64,000 nt of DNA from Microcoleus sp. (GTDB lineage Bacteria > Cyanobacteriota > Cyanobacteriia > Cyanobacteriales > Microcoleaceae), in NCBI GenBank assembly GCA_052279835.1, contig CP181291.1, positions 4,832,001 to 4,896,000 of the forward strand, given 5' to 3'. How positions within the stretch are numbered: position 1 is the stretch's first letter; each line of letters starts with the position of its first letter. The notes below the pieces were generated by a model. The model saw only the letters and a program-made list of their open reading frames with translations, did no database searches and was not told where the DNA came from. This document shows positions 48,456-57,035 of the stretch, piece by piece. A program made the position numbers and the translations under genes.

Positions 48456-49417
48456 GCGTAGATATGCTGGAAGAGAATTTGCGGATCTGGGAATGGACTA
48501 CTTTTGGCAAAGCTGACCGCTTCCTCTACCTCAGAGGAGATTACCCCGATCATCTCCTCCAGGTCTTGTGCTGTCAGAATCCCTTGCTCTAGTAACTGAG
48601 CTTGGGTGCGTTGAATAGGACAACGAACTTTCCACTCTTGAAATTCAGCTTCCGTGCGATAGCCCAAGTCATTGTCGTAGTTGGGGCCACAATGTTCCCG
48701 CCACCGATATGTTTTGAACTCTAGAAAAGTTGGCCCACCACCACTCCTTGCCCGTTGCACTGCTTCAGCCGTCATTTGATAAACTGCTGCAACATCATTT
48801 CCGTCCCCTTGAAAGCTTGGAATATTGTGAGACTTGGCTAGAGCATACACTTCTCGCCCTAGGGGTTGGCGTTCGCTCATCCCCGTGTACACGGAGTACA
48901 AGTTGTTTTCGCAAACAAAAACCACAGGTAGATTTTTTAACGCAGCGAAATTAGCACTTTCGTGAAAAACGCCTTCCTCTGTGGTTGCTTCTCCGAAGAA
49001 TACCACCACTACTTTGTTTAATCCTTGCATGACGGCTCCCATAGCAGCGCCTACCGCCACAGGTATTGTGCCGCCGACAATGGGAGCAGAACCCATAAAT
49101 CCGGCCTCCAAATCGATCAAGTGCATCGACCCTCCTTTACCTTGACAGCAACCGGTGGCTTTACCGTACATCTCAGCTAAAAAAGCTTTTAAGTTGCCTC
49201 CGGCTGCTAAATAGTGACCGTGAGCTCGGTGATTGCTAAAAACGGCATCAGTCGGGTAAAGCGTGGCACAAACGCCAGCGGCGATCGCTTCTTGACCGAT
49301 AGACAAATGTATCGGGCAGCGCATTTCCTGTTGAGGATAGAGTTCAACAATTTTCTCCTCTACCAGGCGGATGCGGAGCATGGAGAAAAATAGTTGTTTG
49401 TGCAATTCGGGAGGCAT
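48452..49417 (-). CDS. TPP-dependent 2-oxoacid dehydrogenase E1 alpha-like subunit
   Basis: HLSIGQEA, HRAHGH, GKGGSMH, FFGEAT...ENN (variant TPP motif), TYRWREH. Confidence 0.9.
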   Translation of the reverse strand: MPPELHKQLFFSMLRIRLVEEKIVELYPQQEMRCPIHLSIGQEAIAAGVCATLYPTDAVFSNHRAHGHYLAAGGNLKAFLAEMYGKATGCCQGKGGSMHLIDLEAGFMGSAPIVGGTIPVAVGAAMGAVMQGLNKVVVVFFGEATTEEGVFHESANFAALKNLPVVFVCENNLYSVYTGMSERQPLGREVYALAKSHNIPSFQGDGNDVAAVYQMTAEAVQRARSGGGPTFLEFKTYRWREHCGPNYDNDLGYRTEAEFQEWKVRCPIQRTQAQLLEQGILTAQDLEEMIGVISSEVEEAVSFAKSSPFPDPQILFQHIYA

Positions 49418-49475
49418 GGTTATTTTACCTGAAAATTATAGACAAATAGGATACGCTTAATTGCCAACCATTTAC

Positions 49476-50465
49476 TTACTTCAGGTGAATTTCTTGCATG
49501 ACTTTAATATTGTAATAAAGGCTATCAGTCATCGGATTAGGAATCAAATTAGCATCAAACGCCTTCACCAAATCTTGCACTGCATCTTCAATTGTGTGCT
49601 GCGGCACAAACCCAAGTTCTTGCTTTATCTTCTCCGATGAAATGTGATAAGATCGGTTGTCATTGGTCGGAGTGCTGACAATCTCTACTTGTTTTCCTAC
49701 CACATTTCGCACCATTTGGGCAATTTGCATCACCGTATGATTTTCATAACCCGCGTTGAAAATTTTGCCGTCGATCGCCTCATCAGGCAATTCGAGGGAC
49801 TTGATATAAAGGTCTGTCATATCCTCGATGTGAATGTTTGGCCGCTTCTGTTCGCCGCCAAACACCGTGATTTTACCATTATTGACAGCGTGGTTAGTGA
49901 GAATATTCACTGTCAAATCCAGCCGCAAACGAGGGGAATAACCGCAGACGGTTGCCGGCCGCAGAATCAAGGTAACAAACCCCGGTTCGCGGTTCGCTAG
50001 CAACACATCCTCACACATTGCTTTATACTTGGAATAATCTGTTAAAGGTTGCAGTGGCAGTTCTTCGCTAACATTTTCGGTTTCTTTGATGCCGTACACG
50101 CTGGAAGAAGAAGCATAGATAAACCGTTTGACACCGCTGTTTTTGGCAACATCTACTAAGTCAACAAAAGCATCGTAGTTGATCGATTTACCGAGGTCTG
50201 GATCTAATTCAAAACTCGGATCGTTGGAAATGCAAGCTAGATGGATAACAGCATCGCATCCGGGTAGAATTTTTTCGAGCAATGGGCGATCGCGAATATC
50301 TCCCTTAATCTCTTCCAAACCGGAATGGCCTTTGACGGAGGATAGAACATCTTCTCCATAAATGTACAAATCCACAACCTTAACTCGATATCCAGCTTGC
50401 AGGAGTTTAGGGACTAGAACAGCCCCCACATAACCCGCTCCACCTGTGACTAAAACCTGTTGCAT
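49476..50465 (-). CDS. NAD-dependent epimerase/dehydratase
   Basis: VLVTGGAGYVG, IHLACISNDP, YASSSSVYG, YSKYK, RPATVCG. Confidence 0.9.
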   Translation of the reverse strand: MQQVLVTGGAGYVGAVLVPKLLQAGYRVKVVDLYIYGEDVLSSVKGHSGLEEIKGDIRDRPLLEKILPGCDAVIHLACISNDPSFELDPDLGKSINYDAFVDLVDVAKNSGVKRFIYASSSSVYGIKETENVSEELPLQPLTDYSKYKAMCEDVLLANREPGFVTLILRPATVCGYSPRLRLDLTVNILTNHAVNNGKITVFGGEQKRPNIHIEDMTDLYIKSLELPDEAIDGKIFNAGYENHTVMQIAQMVRNVVGKQVEIVSTPTNDNRSYHISSEKIKQELGFVPQHTIEDAVQDLVKAFDANLIPNPMTDSLYYNIKVMQEIHLK

Positions 50466-50526
50466 TTGATTCACCTTAAATTCCTCAATTACTTTCAACT
50501 TGGTAGTCCTGGACGCATGGGGGCCG

Positions 50527-50593
50527 AGAAACCGGGTTTTTTCACGAAAAACTTTGTTGGAGCATCGCAGATTCGATAAAAAACCCGGTTTCT
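50527..50593. repeat. Perfect 16-bp inverted repeat element (AGAAACCGGGTTTTTT...AAAAAACCCGGTTTCT)
   Basis: Arms 50527-50542 and 50578-50593 with 35-bp spacer, in an intra-operon gap. Confidence 0.85.
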
Positions 50594-50652
50594 GACCACC
50601 CGTGGGGGCGAATAAACCCTTGACTGCCTTTCTTCCAGATTTATAATATTAA

Positions 50653-51281
50653 TTATCCCAGTGAATGTGTTACGTTAAACTTTTTTAACTGCGGATAATT
50701 ACTCTCATTTGAAATTAAATTAATAATTTCTGGCATTGATGAAACTACGGTTATTTGCTCGGAAAATGGAGATTTAGACAAGTCTTGCTGTTCCTGTATT
50801 CCATAGCCAGTTTTAACCAGAAAAGCTTTCATACCCAACTGCAAACCAGGCTCTAAATCCCTGAGTCTATCCCCGATCGCCCAACATCGCGTCGGGTCTA
50901 AACTATGGTCGGCGATCGCTTGGAGAAATAACCCAGGCGACGGCTTGCGACACTCACAAACGCAACTATACTCGATAACTTGACCTTGCGGGTAATGGGG
51001 ACAGTAATAAAAATCGGCGATCGCCCCAGAAGCAGCTTCAGCATCCCGCCGCATTTTATCATTAACTGCCTCAACTGCCTCCACTGGGAAATAACCCCTA
51101 GCCACTCCCGATTGATTAGTCACCACCAATACTGAGATGTCCTGAGTCTTCAGGAATTTTAGTGCTCCAGCACTCCCGGAACCCACTCAATTTGGTCGGG
51201 GTGGCTCAGGAAGTGGCTATCTTGAATTAGAGTACCATCGCGATCGCACAAAATTGCTTGCGGCTTGCTAAAAGATGGCAT
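50653..51281 (-). pseudogene. gmhB: D,D-heptose 1,7-bisphosphate phosphatase (GmhB-like HAD), 1-bp deletion frameshift at ~51165 (or sequencing error)
   Basis: MPSFSKPQAILCDRDGTLI...WVPGVLE then stop; ALKFLK...VTNQSG...CPH...CECRKP...IGDR continues in another frame. Confidence 0.82.
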
Positions 51282-51283
51282 CT

Positions 51284-52894
51284 TTATACCTTTAACACTG
51301 TGGTAGCAAATTTCAACAACCGAGCTTTTTCTACTGGTTCAGCATTCCCAAGAGTATTAGCTGAAATTGCCCCAGCCAAATTCCCTAGTAGCGAACCAAC
51401 TGCGATCGGCAATTCCAACTTCGCACTCAAGCTAGCCAGAGCAAAAAACGCATCACCAGCCCCAATTGTATCCTTCACCGCCAACGTCATTGCCGGACTC
51501 ACATCTTCTTCTCCTTTAGCATTCATTCCCAACGCTCCCGAAGAACCCAAAGTCAGCCATCCTTGGTGAGCATCTAGATGTTGGAACAAGCCTTTAAGCA
51601 GATAATTGTGGTCTCCGTAACGGCTAGAAAAAGCTAAACGTAGTTCTTGTTCGTCCAAACAAAAAACATCTGCTTTGCGGTACTTGGTAATTAAGTTATA
51701 GCCGTAATTTGCACTATTTGTTTGGCAGTTTAAAGCCAAAAATGGAGCTTCACTTTGAACCAAATCCATGAGTTCAGCATCCAGCAATCCATGTCCGTAA
51801 TCGGCCACCACCACCAGGTCATAATCCCGAATCGTTTTCCGCAAACGATCTAACAAATTTTGCCGCTGACTGGGAGCAGGTCCTTCTTCTTGCAGCTCAT
51901 TAATAGAAAACAGCTTGCTGTAATTATCTCTCATTCCCTGCCGCTCAATGTAACGGCGTTTCGTGACGGTGGCTGCACCATTTTCATATTGCAAATCTAG
52001 CCGAATACCGCCATTTATATTATTCAAAATCAAGCTGTGAATGTCGGGTTCATTTCCCACGACACCAGCCACAGTTACAGAGTCTACAAAACTAGCAATG
52101 TGGCGAGCAATAGCCAAAGAACCTCCTAAATGCTGTTCTTTCTTCAAAAAGCGAGTCGAAATAACTCTGCCTTTAGAAGTCAAGCCCTGCACTGTACAGT
52201 GGACAAATTCATCAATAATGACGTCCCCCAACACTAAGACTTTGAGTTTTTGCATCGCATCAACGCCCTTACGAATTTCATCAAAAGGGTATTGTTGGCT
52301 TAATTGAATGGCATAGCTTTTGATATGCGGTGGCAACACATCGGTGTAGTTATTCAGAAGCTTTGTTGAGCTAAAGACAATCTCGCCTGTATAGCGAATT
52401 TCACCACCGTAGGCTTGAACTCGATCGGCTTCCCGGTCAATATTTTTAGTAACATCTTGACTGTGGTCAGCATATTCGTGACCTTTGCAGTAAAAATTTG
52501 GCTGAACTCTATCGAGTACATCTAAAGCTGTGGCAACAGGAGCTAATAGCACATAGTCTACACAAGCTAAAGAGGCAAGAGAATAAAGTCGCAAATCGTC
52601 AGAAAAAACCGGTCTCCCAGGGCCTCGGTTGACATAAGGAGCTGCGGTAATGGAAACTACCAATACATCTCCTAAAGCTTTGGCTTCTTGCAAATGGGCA
52701 ATGTGACCGGGGTGAAGCAAATCAAACACCCCATGACAGAGAACTATCTTGCGGTTCTGTTCTCGGACCTTAGCAAGTACCTGTTTACAAGTTTCAAAAT
52801 CAAGATATTTTTCTGTGTTTTTTGTCAGCATCTGTGAACTAAATTGTGTACTTTCTAACTCAGACGGGCTTGCCACCATACAATACCGGATCAT
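51284..52894 (-). CDS. Bifunctional sugar nucleotidyltransferase/PfkB kinase (HldE/RfaE-like, transferase domain first)
   Basis: N-terminal HGVFDLLHPGH...FSST; C-terminal GDVIIDE, ADYGHG, DTIGAGDAF. Confidence 0.85.
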   Translation of the reverse strand: MIRYCMVASPSELESTQFSSQMLTKNTEKYLDFETCKQVLAKVREQNRKIVLCHGVFDLLHPGHIAHLQEAKALGDVLVVSITAAPYVNRGPGRPVFSDDLRLYSLASLACVDYVLLAPVATALDVLDRVQPNFYCKGHEYADHSQDVTKNIDREADRVQAYGGEIRYTGEIVFSSTKLLNNYTDVLPPHIKSYAIQLSQQYPFDEIRKGVDAMQKLKVLVLGDVIIDEFVHCTVQGLTSKGRVISTRFLKKEQHLGGSLAIARHIASFVDSVTVAGVVGNEPDIHSLILNNINGGIRLDLQYENGAATVTKRRYIERQGMRDNYSKLFSINELQEEGPAPSQRQNLLDRLRKTIRDYDLVVVADYGHGLLDAELMDLVQSEAPFLALNCQTNSANYGYNLITKYRKADVFCLDEQELRLAFSSRYGDHNYLLKGLFQHLDAHQGWLTLGSSGALGMNAKGEEDVSPAMTLAVKDTIGAGDAFFALASLSAKLELPIAVGSLLGNLAGAISANTLGNAEPVEKARLLKFATTVLKV

Positions 52895-53141
52895 CCCAGT
52901 TTTTATAAATATACTAGGTGATGTTCGCGATCGCCAGTCTACAAACTTGAGTCTGAAATGAACTGACTTTGTTCACCCAAACCGCAGCAGGTTTTATTGA
53001 TGCGACACTATCCCTGAACACTTTTAACCGCTCAGCTACAAACAGACTATTATCCTAATAATGCCCGTCTTATTAGATCTTTCAAGTGGCTATTTTAAAC
53101 AGAAGACTAGGATTTAAGACTAATGTTCCCGCCACCTGAAC

Positions 53142-55082
53142 CTAGATCCGCCCTACTTGAGTTTTAACAGCCAGAACACGCTGGATCAATTTTTTCCATT
53201 CCAGCGAATTGCTCAACGAGTTCGTATCAAAATACTCACCTTTCTCTAAAGAAAAGCGACCAAAATTTTCTAACCAATTCATTACTGTTTCTGTCCGTGA
53301 GAAAGGCGTACAATTCAAGGATTTCTGTAAAGAACGAGACATCCCAGTCCTATCGTTGTTGCGATAAGCATACCAGGCTTCCCAGACTAGAACGCCGTAC
53401 TGCACCTGATTGCTTTGATCTGGATTTTTGACCGTATTTTCCTCAAAACGCCATCTCTCTAATTCCCCGGCAGTTTGGTGCAGTTGTGACTGAGACTGTT
53501 CCAATGCTTGCTGAGTCGAGTAAAGTTGGGACTGCGACTGTTCCAATGCTTGATGGTGTTCGGCTTGGGAGAGTTCCAATGCTTGCTGAGTTTGATGGTG
53601 TTCGGCTTGGGAGAGTTCCAATGCTTGCTGAGTCGAATAAAGTTGGGACTGCGACTGTTCCAATGCTTGCCGAGTTTGATGGTGTTCGGCTTGGGATTGT
53701 TCTAATTCTTGCTGAGTCGAGTAAAGTTGGGACTGCGACTGTTCCAATGCTTGCCGAGTTTGATAGTGTTCTGCTTGGGATATTTCTAATTCTCCCAGAA
53801 TTTGATGGTGTTGGGCTTGGGATAGTCCCAATTCTTCCTGAATTTGATGGAGTTGAATTTGTATTAATTCGCAATCTTCCTGAGCCTGGTACATTTGCGA
53901 CTCAAATCGATCGCGATCTTCCTGAGCTTGATAAAGTTGAGCTTGGGTTAATTCCAACTCTCCCTGAGTTTTGTAAAGTTGTGACTGGGATATTTCCAAA
54001 TCGCTTCTAGTTTGATGTAGTTGGGGATGAACTTTTTCCAACTCTTCCTGAGCTTGATATAGTTGCGACTGAAATCTATCGCACTCCTCCTGAGTTTGAT
54101 AAATCTGAGCTTGCGCGAGTTCCAATTCTCCTTGAACGGGATAAATTTGACCTTGGACTACTTCTAACTCTTTTTGAGTTTGATTCAATTGGGTCAGAGA
54201 TTGCTCTAGCTCTGCCTGAGCTTGATATAATTGCGATTGTGACTGCGCCAACTCTCTTTGACTCTGATGCAGTTGGGCTTTGCACTGTTCAAACTCTCTC
54301 CGTTGTTCGTAGGTCATATGGTAATATAAATCTGTTGGTTCTACATTTAAGTTAAGATTAAAGTCGCTTGAAACCTTGGATAATTCTATTATTGCAATTG
54401 AATTTGCCTGTGACCAAGGCCATCCGTATTCGCTATCCCTAAGTTCGAGAACATCTACTTCCCTCCAAAGCATATAATGCTTATCGTCTGCTGTTTCTCT
54501 ATCTATTAGCTTTAAATAGTTGGCGGATATGGCATCTTTCGGAATGGCATATTTTTTCCATAAAACTTCTAAATACTCTTTGCTAAACTGAATGTACCAT
54601 TCTGCATCTGTAAGTCTGCCAAAAGGAACGGTAATCAAGGCTTTTCCATTAACAGCCAGCAAATCGTATATTTTGGCGATCGCCTTCAATGGACCTTCGA
54701 GATCGCGCGAGTTTGTTTTTTCGCCATAGCCTCCCGAAGGATCTCCGGCTTGCCCTATGTGTTCTACACTGGAAATTGATACTATTGCATCATATTTTTC
54801 CGCTGAGGGCAGGTCCATCAAATCTTCATTTTCTACACCGAGGTCTACTTCAAATTTATCTATAATTCGTCTCGTTCTCACACCCATATTTTCGCTCAAT
54901 GAGTTTTCATAGTGAGAGAGTACGTTGCCCACTTCTAGGATTTTTTGAGTATTTTCCAGATTGGCAATAAAATCAAAAGCGATAGAAATTTCTACTGCTC
55001 TTTCTGTCGGATTATTAAATTTAATCCGATTGTAATATAGCTCTTTACCTTTAAAAGTAAAGGTTCTTGTCCACTTACTCAT
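53142..55082 (-). CDS. Methyltransferase-like domain + long Gln-rich coiled coil + helical C-terminal domain
   Basis: TERAVE, ILEVGN, YDAIVSISSVEH, GKALITVPFG; heptads QSQSQLYSTQQALE; start ATG 55082. Confidence 0.78.
   Translation of the reverse strand: MSKWTRTFTFKGKELYYNRIKFNNPTERAVEISIAFDFIANLENTQKILEVGNVLSHYENSLSENMGVRTRRIIDKFEVDLGVENEDLMDLPSAEKYDAIVSISSVEHIGQAGDPSGGYGEKTNSRDLEGPLKAIAKIYDLLAVNGKALITVPFGRLTDAEWYIQFSKEYLEVLWKKYAIPKDAISANYLKLIDRETADDKHYMLWREVDVLELRDSEYGWPWSQANSIAIIELSKVSSDFNLNLNVEPTDLYYHMTYEQRREFEQCKAQLHQSQRELAQSQSQLYQAQAELEQSLTQLNQTQKELEVVQGQIYPVQGELELAQAQIYQTQEECDRFQSQLYQAQEELEKVHPQLHQTRSDLEISQSQLYKTQGELELTQAQLYQAQEDRDRFESQMYQAQEDCELIQIQLHQIQEELGLSQAQHHQILGELEISQAEHYQTRQALEQSQSQLYSTQQELEQSQAEHHQTRQALEQSQSQLYSTQQALELSQAEHHQTQQALELSQAEHHQALEQSQSQLYSTQQALEQSQSQLHQTAGELERWRFEENTVKNPDQSNQVQYGVLVWEAWYAYRNNDRTGMSRSLQKSLNCTPFSRTETVMNWLENFGRFSLEKGEYFDTNSLSNSLEWKKLIQRVLAVKTQVGRI
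53460..53900. repeat. 21/42-bp coding tandem repeats forming the coiled coil
   Basis: Recurrent gactgcgactgttccaatgcttg and gagtttgatggtgttcggcttggga units. Confidence 0.85.
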
Positions 55083-55228
55083 TTTTTCCTCAAAATGCAA
55101 ACTCTCAAGTTATCTGCCACAGCTAACGATGAAAATATGGACGGCTGGACAGTAGTGTAAAATTTAGCGTTCAACCAGCGATTATATTTAGCAATAGCAG
55201 CACAACTTAATAAAAGTTAGCGTTCTTA

Positions 55229-55457
55229 CTCCATATTTTCACCCCATCCTATTGGCTCAAATTCCTCGACGATCGCCCGAAACTCCACCCAACAGAATTG
55301 CCAAAACTCCCATTCGCCCTAGGGCAACCTACTGCCAAAATCCTTTTCCAGAAACCTACCACAATTTCGAGTCGGTTTTGCCCTCGCCCCCAATGAACTA
55401 AAGCCATCACCACCCACGAACATACCAGACCGCAGGCCCTCTCAGGATGTTCCCACA
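55229..55457. repeat. ~228-bp direct repeat, copy B
   Basis: Aligns with 24340-24567; the DUF5678 ORF here reads ATG GAG TAA. Confidence 0.9.
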
Positions 55458-55506
55458 TGGATTCTATACAAACTTTCCTTTGCCTCCGCAGACAAGCCAG
55501 ATGTCA

Positions 55507-55623
55507 CTGGTTCCCAGGCTCTTCCGGGAAACCCATGTCTAGAGGTCTTGCCTAGCTTGGATCTGCCCCAATTTCGAGGCAGAGCCTCTGGTTCTGCGTT
55601 ACCAGGCAGAGCCTGGTAACGAG
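55507..55623. mobile_element. Palindromic MITE-like repeat (CCAGGCTCTGCCTGG type)
   Basis: Left ctggttcccaggctcttccgggaaac is the imperfect reverse complement of right gttaccaggcagagcctggtaacgag; internal gaggcagagcctc. Confidence 0.65.
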
Positions 55624-55730
55624 TAGACGAGTAGACGAGTAGACGAGTAGACGAGTAGACGAGTAGACGAGTAGACGAGTAGACGAGTAGACGAGTAGAC
55701 GAGTAGACGAGTAGACGAGTAGACGAGTAG
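55619..55730. repeat. Perfect octamer microsatellite (ACGAGTAG) x14
   Basis: Read directly; 112 bp. Confidence 0.95.
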
Positions 55731-55865
55731 AATGAAACCACCCCCCCCCTACCCCCCCCAAGGAGGGAGATGGGAAGGGGGACTAGGTTTGACTTTAAGT
55801 TGTCACCAATGGGATCTTCCTGGTAACGAGTAGAGGGAGTAAACGAGTCGAAACAAGTCAGGCTT

Positions 55866-56885
55866 CTAGCCTTCCCATCTTTGGGCGACTAATTCAGCCA
55901 AGTCAACAACTCGCTGACTGTAGCCCCATTCATTGTCGTACCAAGCCAAAACCTTTACCATGTCGCCATCCATCACTAGGGTCAAGCTGGAATCTAGAAT
56001 GGAAGAAGCATCACTGCCTCGATAGTCGCAAGAAACTAAAGGTAAATCGTTGTACTCCAAAATTCCTTTCATGGAGCCTTCGGCTGCTTCCTTGAATACT
56101 TGATTTACTTGCTCGGTGAAGGTCTTTTTCTCTACCTGAGCGACAAAATCAACTACGGACACATTGGGAGTGGGTACGCGCATGGCAATCCCATTTAGTT
56201 TGCCTTTCAATTCTGGAATCACCAAAGCCACAGCTTGAGCTGCACCGGTAGATGTCGGCACAATATTCATGGCAGCAGCCCGTGCCCGCCGCAAGTCGCG
56301 GTGGCTAGCATCCAGCAAGCGTTGGTCGCCTGTGTAGCTGTGGGTAGTGGTCATCATGCCCTTGACGATGCCAAAATGTTCGTGGAGCACTTTCAGCACT
56401 GGAGCTAGACAGTTGGTGGTACAGCTAGCATTGCTGATGACTGTGTAGTCACTGTGCTTGTAGTTATGGTGGTTGACTCCCATCACGTAGGTTCCCACTT
56501 CTGGGCCTTTGCCCGGAGCGGTGATCAGCACTTTTTTAGCGCCGGCGGTGATATGCTTTGAGGCTCCAGCTTGGTCTACAAACACGCCTGTTGATTCAAT
56601 AATCAGATCGATACCCCACTCTTTCCAAGGCAAGTTTAGGGGATTGCGATCGCTCACGCATTTAACTGTCTTGCCGTTAAGAGTTATGGAATTTTCATCG
56701 GCACTGATGTCCACACCCTTCAACGTTCCCATCATGGAATCGTATCTCAACAAGTGAGCATTACTTCGGGGATCGGAAGTGTCATTAATAGCTACCAACT
56801 CTAGCTCGCTGTTTTCTCTGCCCAGCCAGCAGCGCGCAAAACTGCGCCCAATACGCCCAAAACCATTGATCGCGACTCGAATCAC
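55866..56885 (-). CDS. gap2: Type I glyceraldehyde-3-phosphate dehydrogenase (cyanobacterial Gap2 type)
   Basis: [52 protein letters not shown]. Confidence 0.93.
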   Translation of the reverse strand: MIRVAINGFGRIGRSFARCWLGRENSELELVAINDTSDPRSNAHLLRYDSMMGTLKGVDISADENSITLNGKTVKCVSDRNPLNLPWKEWGIDLIIESTGVFVDQAGASKHITAGAKKVLITAPGKGPEVGTYVMGVNHHNYKHSDYTVISNASCTTNCLAPVLKVLHEHFGIVKGMMTTTHSYTGDQRLLDASHRDLRRARAAAMNIVPTSTGAAQAVALVIPELKGKLNGIAMRVPTPNVSVVDFVAQVEKKTFTEQVNQVFKEAAEGSMKGILEYNDLPLVSCDYRGSDASSILDSSLTLVMDGDMVKVLAWYDNEWGYSQRVVDLAELVAQRWEG

Positions 56886-57035
56886 CTTAGTACCTCCTAA
56901 CGATGGCAGTCCCTAAATTAGGGTAAAATTTTGGAAAAATTTAAGAATTGACTATGAAACAAGATCATACCGCAAAGGCCGATCCTTTCTAACTTTTTGT
57001 CTATAATGAACAATCAGTTAAATCCAGTTATAGTC

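Noticed and set aside
47379..49417. Housekeeping pdhA/pdhB
   Set aside because: Located inside a sugar operon with a variant TPP motif; symbols withheld
53443..54285. Alternative-frame and antisense ORFs over the coiled coil
   Set aside because: Open only because of the repeat; the 647-aa ORF explains the region
11349..55623. Integron or prophage origin of the island
   Set aside because: No integrase, transposase, attC-like periodicity or phage genes seen
55619..55730. Possible CRISPR array
   Set aside because: Pure 8-bp tandem repeat with no spacers and no cas genes
55442..55761. ORFs with STRLLVYS repeats
   Set aside because: Translation artefacts of the octamer microsatellite
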